DNA of 64,000 nucleotides from Bdellovibrionota bacterium (GTDB taxonomy: Bacteria; Bdellovibrionota_C; UBA2361; OMII01), in NCBI GenBank assembly GCA_044345405.1, contig JBIJBE010000016.1, forward strand, positions 1-64,000. The letters run 5' to 3'. Below the pieces are notes generated by a model. That model saw only the letters and a list, made by a program, of their open reading frames with translations. It searched no databases and was not told the DNA's origin. Shown piece by piece: positions 56,970 to 64,000 of this stretch. The translations under genes and the position numbers were made by a program. How positions within the stretch are numbered: position 1 is the first letter of the stretch; each line of letters begins with the position of its first letter.

Positions 56970-57705
56970 GTGCTCGCCAGCACGACCGTGGAGTCGGAAA
57001 AAATGGAAGCTCTCGCATATGAGTTTCAAATGTGGGCCCAAACGCTTTGAGGAGGCGTCTCTCTTTCACGCGGGGACCGACCACGCAGTACGTCACAAAG
57101 ATAGTCGCGACAATGAGGTGGTCGATGTTCCAGACGGGGCCAGTGGTGGATACAAGTGCCATCGCAAAGTAAACCGGATGGCGACATATCCTGTAGAGCC
57201 CATGTTGTGGAAATGAGCTGTAGACAGGCGCCTTGCCGCGGTACACCGCGGTCCATCCGAGAAATCCCATCTGCGTTCCGAGGCCAGCATTGGTCATCGC
57301 GATAGCGAGAAGGATCCAGCTCGCTCCGTAGATGGTCGTCCATGCCAACATGAGTGGTTGTGGAGGACGCCACTCAAACGAGCCGATGTGAACCCAGAGC
57401 GTGAACAGAAGGAGCAGTTGCGTGGAGGCGGCGATAACGAAGGTGGTTGTCACCAGATGTTTTCCGAGTTCACCTGGAAAGAGGCGACTGAGGAACGCGC
57501 GCCCCGAGGGGCGCAGCATGACCGAGTGAAGAAGGGGGAATTGGAGGAGTAGGATGAGATCGATTGCGAGAGCGGCGCCCCACGATAGAGAGGGGGAAGA
57601 GATGCGCATGGAGCCGAAGAGCGCCGCCCTCATCACGCCGACCGCGCCGGCGAAGGAGAGGTGGCAGAGAATGCCAAGAGAGAGCGCGAGAAGTCGTATC
57701 TTCAT
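56941..57705 (-). CDS. MddA/NnrU/isoprenylcysteine-methyltransferase-like membrane protein
   Basis: LLQFPLLHSVM, GLYRICRHPVY, KERRLLKAFG; multi-TM. Confidence 0.75.
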   Translation of the reverse strand: MKIRLLALSLGILCHLSFAGAVGVMRAALFGSMRISSPSLSWGAALAIDLILLLQFPLLHSVMLRPSGRAFLSRLFPGELGKHLVTTTFVIAASTQLLLLFTLWVHIGSFEWRPPQPLMLAWTTIYGASWILLAIAMTNAGLGTQMGFLGWTAVYRGKAPVYSSFPQHGLYRICRHPVYFAMALVSTTGPVWNIDHLIVATIFVTYCVVGPRVKERRLLKAFGPTFETHMRELPFFPTPRSCWRALTTRAQDAA

Positions 57706-57862
57706 ACTGGGTGCAAAAAAGGCTCGATACGGAGGAGGATAGCCTATCGGCGCGGCCGAGGACCATCATCCCATGAAGATGGCGGAGGGTTATCGCGCCC
57801 TATGGCGCTTTTCAGGTGGGTGGTGCATCTTGAGGGGAACGGCCCACTCCCCAAGGATAGCC

Positions 57863-58468
57863 ATGAAGAACGTGCTTCTCGCGTCTATCGCGACCCTCCT
57901 CTCAGTAATTCCCGCGACTCCACGACGAGCGATGGCGGATACCTGGAACCTGCCAAGTCCGTTGAATGACTCTAACACTAAGGTCTCCTTCGTCGTTGAT
58001 TCGACCTGGCACACCGTCAACGGAACGACGAGAGATCTTAATGGTTCTGTGGTCTTGAAGGATAAAAACGATCCGCTCTCGATCGTGGTCGATCTGAAAA
58101 TTCAAGTGAAGACCTTTGATACCGATTGGGATAGTCGGGACGAGAAGTTGCAAGAATGTATGGCGTCGGACACCTATCCTGTGGCGTCTTTTAGATCGAC
58201 CCGTCTCTCTGATAACTGCAAACCGACCGTCATTGATATCGCCGGAAAGTGTTCCGGAACATTGACCGGTATCATCACGATGCGAGATGTTTCTAAAGAG
58301 GTCGCTCTTCCCGTTTCTATAACCAAGGAGCATGATAGCTACCTCATCAGCGGAGCGCTTCCTGTGACGTGGGCGGACTACAACATTGAGGATCCCTCGA
58401 TCCTCATAGCCAAGCTCGACCCAGTCGTTACTATCTCGTACCAGACGAAGATACCGCTGAAACGGTAA
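57863..58468 (+). CDS. YceI family lipid/polyisoprenoid-binding protein
   Basis: Signal peptide, VSFVVDSTWHTVNG, FDTDWDSRDEKL, YPVASF, GIITMRDVSKEV. Confidence 0.85.
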   Translation: MKNVLLASIATLLSVIPATPRRAMADTWNLPSPLNDSNTKVSFVVDSTWHTVNGTTRDLNGSVVLKDKNDPLSIVVDLKIQVKTFDTDWDSRDEKLQECMASDTYPVASFRSTRLSDNCKPTVIDIAGKCSGTLTGIITMRDVSKEVALPVSITKEHDSYLISGALPVTWADYNIEDPSILIAKLDPVVTISYQTKIPLKR

Positions 58469-58648
58469 CTAGTGTCCCTTTCAGCGAGTTTTGTGCGGAT
58501 GAGGCCGAACCCTAGTCGCAAGAGACACTAGTAGACTCTATAGTTTTTCGCCGCAAAATGCGGCTAAAACGAACAGCCCTAGCGCGGCTTATGGGGCTTT
58601 TGAGGTGGGGAAAAATTTATTGAAAGCCGCACAAGAGGCTCCGTCACC

Positions 58649-59689
58649 ATGTCTTTCGTTCAGTCAGTTGTTACCGCGCTTCCACCGTATCGCTATTCAA
58701 CCAAGGAGATTACCGAGAAGGCGGGATCGTGGTTGAAAAACTCCGAACAAGAGCGTGCGCTCTTTGAACGATTGGCGAACTCAACTAAGATCGAGCACCG
58801 CAACTTCGCGCTTCCGATCGATGATCTCTTGGCTCTTAGTGGCCCAGCGGTCCGTGCCCAGATTTTCAAGGAGATGGGTGGGAGCCTTCTTAGGGATGTT
58901 CTCTCTCAAGCCATGGAGGTCACAGCAACCGATCCCCGGGAGGTGGGAGCTTTGCTCTCAACCTCGTGTTCAGTTCCAACGATTCCGGCCATTGACGCTT
59001 CAGTGGTTGGGGACCTCGGTATGCGAGAGACTCTACTTAGACTCCCCGTTTTTCAGTACGGATGCGCCGGTGGTGCAATTGGCATCTCTCTCGGTCGGCA
59101 CCTGTGCGCGACGACTGGAGTAACGCTCCTCGCTTCAGTTGAGCTTTGCTCCCTCGTGTATCAAGGCGCAGACCTGCAGGCGGGCAATATAGTTGGGTCC
59201 GCGATCTTCGGGGACGGCGCCGCGTGCGTGGTCATCTCTCCCGAGAGAGGGCCACTCAGAATTGTCGACTCCCAGTCTTTCCTGATTCCCGATACGAGCG
59301 ATCTCATGGGGTACGACATCTTTGATGATGGGACGCATCTCCGCTTGGATAGAGAGATACCGCAGGCGCTTCTCTCCGCCGCGCCGAAAGCGATAGATTC
59401 ATTCCTCAGGAACGCTGGTCTTTCCCCAACGGACGTTCGCTGGTGGCTCTTTCATCCAGGGGGCGCCAAGATCCTCTCAAGCCTTGAGGAGACCCTCTCC
59501 GTCTCTCGATCGCAAACGCGGTGGAGTTGGGAGAGTTTGCGAGACCACGGTAATATGTCATCCGCTTCTATCCTCTTCGCCTTGAAGAGCTTCCTCGATG
59601 ATAAGGAATACGAGCCGGGTGATAGGATGGTGATGCTTGGAGTCGGGCCAGGATTAACGCTCCAGCTCAATCTTTTTGAGTGTTGTTAA
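58649..59689 (+). CDS. type III polyketide synthase
   Basis: Cys-His-Asn triad in GCAGG, FHPGG, HGNMSS. Also VELCSL, FGDGAA, GPGL. Confidence 0.95.
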   Translation: MSFVQSVVTALPPYRYSTKEITEKAGSWLKNSEQERALFERLANSTKIEHRNFALPIDDLLALSGPAVRAQIFKEMGGSLLRDVLSQAMEVTATDPREVGALLSTSCSVPTIPAIDASVVGDLGMRETLLRLPVFQYGCAGGAIGISLGRHLCATTGVTLLASVELCSLVYQGADLQAGNIVGSAIFGDGAACVVISPERGPLRIVDSQSFLIPDTSDLMGYDIFDDGTHLRLDREIPQALLSAAPKAIDSFLRNAGLSPTDVRWWLFHPGGAKILSSLEETLSVSRSQTRWSWESLRDHGNMSSASILFALKSFLDDKEYEPGDRMVMLGVGPGLTLQLNLFECC

Positions 59690-60312
59690 TGTCTGCGTTG
59701 TTTTGGGTGCTCTTCGGGTACTGCGTTCTTGAGCGTCTTGGTGAGCTCATCATATCTCGACGCAATCAAGACAAGATGAAGGCCAATGGGTTCTCAGAGA
59801 AGGAGACCTTGGCTGGAGTGCGTTGGATGATCGCGCTTCATACCTCGTGGTATGTGGCGATGCTCGTTGAGGTGGTGAGCTTTCCATCGATTGTACCATC
59901 GGTTATTGGTTTCGGCGCCGCGGCAGCTTTTCTGATGGCGCAGGTCTTGCGATTCTGGGCTCTTCGGACGCTCGGGAGCTTTTGGAATATCTCGGTTGTC
60001 ACAACCGACGGGGTTGGCCCGCGGTTTGTCTCTCACGGTCCCTATCGGTTTATTAGGCATCCCAACTACTTGGTCGTTATCATCGAGATAGCGACCCTTC
60101 CCCTTGTTGGAGGCGCCGTGTGGACCTCATCGATCTTCACCCTTTTAAATGGTCTCGTTCTCGCTCGTCGAATCCCCTTAGAGGAGTCTCATCTCTTTCG
60201 CATTTCGGGATATCGAGATGTAATGGGAGGGAAGGGGAGATTTATACCCTGTGACCTATTCGGACGGCGATGCGCGGAACACCTCACAAAGAAGGACGAG
60301 TTGTCATCATAG
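59689..60312 (+). CDS. isoprenylcysteine carboxyl methyltransferase family protein (SrsB/BpsB-like)
   Basis: ERLGELIISRRN, LRFWALRTLG, GPYRFIRHPNY, RIPLEE. Coupled to the PKS (TAATG). Confidence 0.9.
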   Translation: MSALFWVLFGYCVLERLGELIISRRNQDKMKANGFSEKETLAGVRWMIALHTSWYVAMLVEVVSFPSIVPSVIGFGAAAAFLMAQVLRFWALRTLGSFWNISVVTTDGVGPRFVSHGPYRFIRHPNYLVVIIEIATLPLVGGAVWTSSIFTLLNGLVLARRIPLEESHLFRISGYRDVMGGKGRFIPCDLFGRRCAEHLTKKDELSS

Positions 60313-61466
60313 GAGCTTCCCTCGCGGGCTCAATCACCGCGATCGAGTTAGCCCGCGCCGGCGCCCACGTCACCCTGATCGATAAAGAGACGTTCCCCCG
60401 TCGTAAACCTTGTGGTGAAGGGTTGTCCGCTCGTGGTCAAGCGGAACTCGCCGCGGCCGGGTGTTCGCTGGACGATCTTTCGTGTTCGTATCGGCCTCTC
60501 AATGGCTATCGAATCTTTCAGGGCTCTCGTTCCCTTGAGATACCCGATCGCGCGGGACTGGTCGGCGTCACCCGGATGGACCTCGACGCCGCGCTCCTAT
60601 CGTACGCCGCGCGGTTCCCCACCGTCGATGTGGTTCTCGGCGCGAAAGCGTCAGTACGGGAGGCACGACCGGGATATTGTAAAGTTAAGGTTGGAGCGAG
60701 TGAGGTGATTGGCGATTCGCTGATCGTCGCTGATGGTGCGACCTCGCCTACGCTTCGGGCTCTCGGTCGCTCTCTTCCGATTCCTCGTAATCCCCGTCTT
60801 GGAACAAGCTCTGTCTGGCGGCTGGTCGGAGGCTCCCTTACTTCTAAAGTTCATACGGTGCTCGTTCGTAGAGGTGAGATCTACCTGACCCCTCTCGCGA
60901 ACGGATTAGTAAACGTCTCGGCGCTTGGAGACCGCGCCTTAATCCAACCCTTCGCGCGAGAGCGATCCCTACGCGTGCGGATGGATGCGATCTCAGACAT
61001 GATGGGTGTTTCGCTTGAACTGGTATCTCCGCCTCTGAGCTGTGGAGCTCTGAACACCATGTATCGGTGTGCGAGCGTTCGGGGCGCCTATGTAGTGGGT
61101 GATGCGTGTGAGACCTTTGACCCGTGCGCCGGGTTTGGAATGGCGCATGCCCTTATTTCGGGTCGATTAGCGGCATGGTGTTTGCTGCGAGGCCTTAAAG
61201 AAACGAACCCTTCAGAGGCGGCTCGCATGTACGCGCTGGAGCGAGAAGAGCGGATTCGAGATGTGCGGGGATTCGCGCGCCTCACTTCAGCCACGATGAC
61301 GAGTGGAGTGGGGCGAATGAGCTTGCCTTTTATCGTCTCCACCGGACTCGCCGCGCGGGTTTCTCATTCGGTCCATGCGGTGCATACCGGAGGCGCTGTG
61401 AGGAGCGTAGTGTCTCTTCTTGGTGGACTCGCGCGGGGGGCTCAACCTGAATTCGCTGAGGCTTAA
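60270..61466 (+). CDS. FAD-dependent monooxygenase/oxidoreductase
   Basis: IIGASLAG, FPRRKPCGEGLS, IVADG, VGDACETFDPCAGFGMAHAL. Confidence 0.88.
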   Translation: MRGTPHKEGRVVIIGASLAGSITAIELARAGAHVTLIDKETFPRRKPCGEGLSARGQAELAAAGCSLDDLSCSYRPLNGYRIFQGSRSLEIPDRAGLVGVTRMDLDAALLSYAARFPTVDVVLGAKASVREARPGYCKVKVGASEVIGDSLIVADGATSPTLRALGRSLPIPRNPRLGTSSVWRLVGGSLTSKVHTVLVRRGEIYLTPLANGLVNVSALGDRALIQPFARERSLRVRMDAISDMMGVSLELVSPPLSCGALNTMYRCASVRGAYVVGDACETFDPCAGFGMAHALISGRLAAWCLLRGLKETNPSEAARMYALEREERIRDVRGFARLTSATMTSGVGRMSLPFIVSTGLAARVSHSVHAVHTGGAVRSVVSLLGGLARGAQPEFAEA

Positions 61467-62854
61467 CCGCGGATGTCATGCATCTCAGACGAGGGCGAGA
61501 GGCGCTTTACCGCTTCCCGGAATTGTTCACCTCTATCGCGATAATCCTTGAACACTGAGAAGCTCGACGAAGCGGGTGACATAACACAGATCTTCCCCGC
61601 GCTCGTTAGATCGTAGGCCGCTTGGACGGCGGCGTTCATCGATTCAACGTCCATCCGTGTGTACTCTCGTTGAGGAGCGGCCGCCTTCGCGGCATCCCAT
61701 ATCTTTTGACCGGTTGTGGGAAAGAGGATCAGGTTTTTAACCTTTGACGCCGCAAGCGCTGGCCCCACGGGAGTCATGTCGACACCACGATCGAATCCGC
61801 CAGCGATAACCGTTTCGACCTTATCGCCGAGCGCTACGAGCGCGTGCGCGAGAGCCTCAGGGATGGTGGCGAGAGAGTCGTTATAGAAAGAGATTTCGTG
61901 TCGAGTGGCGACGAACTCAAGCCGATGTTCCAAGGGTTTGAAGTTTTGTAATCCCTTTTGGATCTGCGCTATGGAACCGCCGAAGGCCACGCCGCACGTA
62001 ATAGCGGCAAGGGCGTTCTGCAGGTTGCCTGGGCCGATAACGGGAAGATCCTCAGTTCGCAGTACGGCGAGGCGTTCGCCGTCCTTCGTAATCATAATAT
62101 TACCCTTATCGACGCTCGTTGTGCTGTTGAAGCTGTGGCCTTCATTAAAGTGGAGACGCGATCCAAGAAAACCGCTCGTGATATTTGTAAGGAGCTCAGT
62201 TGTCTCGTTGGTAATGAGGAAGTTTCCAGCGGTTTGGTGCCGTCCGATATTCGCTTTCGCCGCGCTGTAGGCATCGAATCCGCCATGGTAATCGAGGTGC
62301 TCGGGAACGATGTTGAGGAGTATCGCCACGTCCGGGCTCCGGCGGAGGTCCTCAAGTTGATAGCTTGAGAGCTCAACGACAAATACCGTATTCGCGGTCG
62401 CCCCGGCGAGGTGGCTCAGCATCGGAGTGCCGATGTTTCCCACTAATCGAACGTCAGGAACGATCTGATTCAGTATAGAGGCGGTGAGAGATGATGTCGT
62501 ACTCTTTCCCTTGGTACCGGTGATGCCAACGATGCGTCCGGGACACTCCGCGAAGAAGATATTGGTCGCTGAAGTGAGGTGGGCGTTCGCTCCCATGAAG
62601 GGCTTAATGAGACGGATGCTCACGCCCGGGGATCGAACGATAGTGTCAAAAGAGTGCGCCGAAGCGAGATAGGTTGGGCCCATGAATACCTCAACGCCGT
62701 CCGGAATACCCGCGTTTGCGCTGTCGATGTTGTGGTCGGCTATCCCTATGCGCGCGTTCGGATGTCGGCTACGAATATATTCGAGGACGCTCCGTCCTTC
62801 GCGCCCGAATCCAACGATCAGAAACGAATCTCCACGAAGCTCAGGGTTTCTCAT
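61463..62854 (-). CDS. murD: UDP-MurNAc-L-Ala:glutamate ligase, MurD2 type by linkage to murL
   Basis: GITGTKGKSTT, VELSSYQL, EHLDYHG, HRLE, YNDSLATIP, SPASSSF. Confidence 0.92.
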   Translation of the reverse strand: MRNPELRGDSFLIVGFGREGRSVLEYIRSRHPNARIGIADHNIDSANAGIPDGVEVFMGPTYLASAHSFDTIVRSPGVSIRLIKPFMGANAHLTSATNIFFAECPGRIVGITGTKGKSTTSSLTASILNQIVPDVRLVGNIGTPMLSHLAGATANTVFVVELSSYQLEDLRRSPDVAILLNIVPEHLDYHGGFDAYSAAKANIGRHQTAGNFLITNETTELLTNITSGFLGSRLHFNEGHSFNSTTSVDKGNIMITKDGERLAVLRTEDLPVIGPGNLQNALAAITCGVAFGGSIAQIQKGLQNFKPLEHRLEFVATRHEISFYNDSLATIPEALAHALVALGDKVETVIAGGFDRGVDMTPVGPALAASKVKNLILFPTTGQKIWDAAKAAAPQREYTRMDVESMNAAVQAAYDLTSAGKICVMSPASSSFSVFKDYRDRGEQFREAVKRLSPSSEMHDIRG

Positions 62855-64000
62855 GCGAGCTCCTTGAGAAGGCGCTGAAGCCGCTGTGCGTATTCTGATG
62901 GAAGTTCGTGGTCATCGCTCCATGCGATGAGGGTCTCCCGCGCGTTGTGTAGCGAGGGGAGGATGTTTTGTCGCCTGAGTTTCTCAGCGATCGCCTCCAA
63001 TCCGGTGGGTGCCGGGATTCCCTCCTGCGCGTAGCGCGCGAGTGTCAGCACGAGCGCGTCACGTGATTCCCCTATGGTGCCCACACACTCAAGTGGTTTG
63101 TGATCTCGTACGCCGGTAAGCTCCTCAATCGCTGAGAGGATCTCGGGAACCTCAAAGAGGTCTTTTCCAAAGATGGATGCGCGATGATCCGGTGAGGTAA
63201 ATGGCGCGATAGTGAGGCACACAAAGGCGCATTTTGGGCACTTCCCGCACCACTTGTCATCTCGTTGCCCCACGTTACAACTGCGGAAGGAGTGAAGGTG
63301 GCGCGGGGCGAGTCGGGCGAATAGTCCGCTCACCTGCAGATCGTAGAGGGGGCGAATGATGCTGTAGTACGACGCGCATCCAGGGAAGTGCTCAGCGGCG
63401 TAGGCTCGAAATCTTCGTTCGAACCGAACGCCCTTTGAGTACTGATGATTGATCGCGAGTCCGTGAAAGATCGTGTTCTCCTCGCTCGCGCTCCGTTCGT
63501 TAGACACGATCACTGAGCCGAGACCATACATCTCCGCGATCATGGTGCCTAAAAACGCGAGATAGGCGGAAAATGGGGTATGTCCGTTGAGATACCCCTG
63601 AGCGTTCATTTCGATGAGCTGTGTATCGATCGTTCGGCGAACGACGAGAGGCTCGCCGTAGCCAGCGATAGTAATGCTTTCACTCGCGGAACGAGATGGA
63701 TTGAGCATGAGCGTTTCGCGACGGACGTTTGGATTGAACGCCTTGAGCATCTCTAGGGTAAGGGAAGAGTCCTTTCCGCCCGCCGCCATGACGAGCTCGC
63801 CGTTTTTGGTGGTAGCGTCGCCTTGAGCGCTTCGTGGAAGTGGACGATCTCCCCGCGACTCTATGGAGAGCAGCCCGTCTTGGCTCGGGTCTATATCATT
63901 GACGAAGTAGAACTCTCCGAGTCCATTGATGAAGAGATCGTGCCACCACGCACGCTCATCTTCCGTCAATCGATAGCCATCGATGATGACGCGCGGGGGG
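62851..64000 (-). CDS. murL: MurL UDP-MurNAc-L-Ala-L-Glu epimerase (5'-truncated by the window edge)
   Basis: GLGEFY, GGKDS, NGHTPFSA, SNERSA, NHQYSK, FRSCN, WCGKCPKC, KPLECVG. ATGA overlap with murD. Frame open to the window end. Confidence 0.9.
   Translation of the reverse strand, partial: PPRVIIDGYRLTEDERAWWHDLFINGLGEFYFVNDIDPSQDGLLSIESRGDRPLPRSAQGDATTKNGELVMAAGGKDSSLTLEMLKAFNPNVRRETLMLNPSRSASESITIAGYGEPLVVRRTIDTQLIEMNAQGYLNGHTPFSAYLAFLGTMIAEMYGLGSVIVSNERSASEENTIFHGLAINHQYSKGVRFERRFRAYAAEHFPGCASYYSIIRPLYDLQVSGLFARLAPRHLHSFRSCNVGQRDDKWCGKCPKCAFVCLTIAPFTSPDHRASIFGKDLFEVPEILSAIEELTGVRDHKPLECVGTIGESRDALVLTLARYAQEGIPAPTGLEAIAEKLRRQNILPSLHNARETLIAWSDDHELPSEYAQRLQRLLKELA

Noticed and set aside
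1-64000. Numerous 60-200 aa antisense and alternate-frame ORFs in the ORF track; tRNA, rRNA, IS and prophage
   Set aside because: The extra ORFs lie within well-supported genes, as expected at this GC content. I saw no cloverleaf, rRNA, transposase, integrase or phage structural motifs.

Overview
Gene-dense bacterial chromosomal window with moderately high GC. The gene content suggests a Bdellovibrionota or deltaproteobacteria-like lineage (inference only). I found no rRNA, tRNA, CRISPR array, transposase or prophage. Contents in order: (1) a Tad/Flp pilus operon with no secretin or prepilin peptidase in the window, ending in a PilB/GspE-N-terminus::receiver fusion and a soluble hybrid kinase; (2) a lone nuoB; (3) a tightly coupled seven-gene operon of unknown function (15.5-22.2 kb) encoding a small protein, a DUF6754 protein, three further membrane proteins, an actin-fold GlmL/MutL-type ATPase with no glutamate mutase nearby, and a barrel-sandwich-hybrid/KOW protein. 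This is the best candidate for an undescribed ATP-driven membrane machine; (4) trmO, folK flanked by hexamer-periodic inverted repeats, folP, a CmcI-like gene, pcm and pirin; (5) a DUF58-transglutaminase-TPR-MoxR operon divergent from a catalytically degenerate UvrA-like gene, with a DnaA-box cluster between them; (6) pssA, a PmtA-like gene, pgi, an SLC13/TrkA-C transporter, tpx and a MacAB-type ABC system; (7) a secreted M12 metalloprotease and a Cys/Pro-rich Ca-binding protein; (8) an inverted-domain photolyase, an MddA-like gene, YceI and a type III PKS-methyltransferase-flavoprotein cluster; (9) the alternative murL-murD2 peptidoglycan D-Glu pathway. All calls come from reading motifs by eye. 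No database searches were run.
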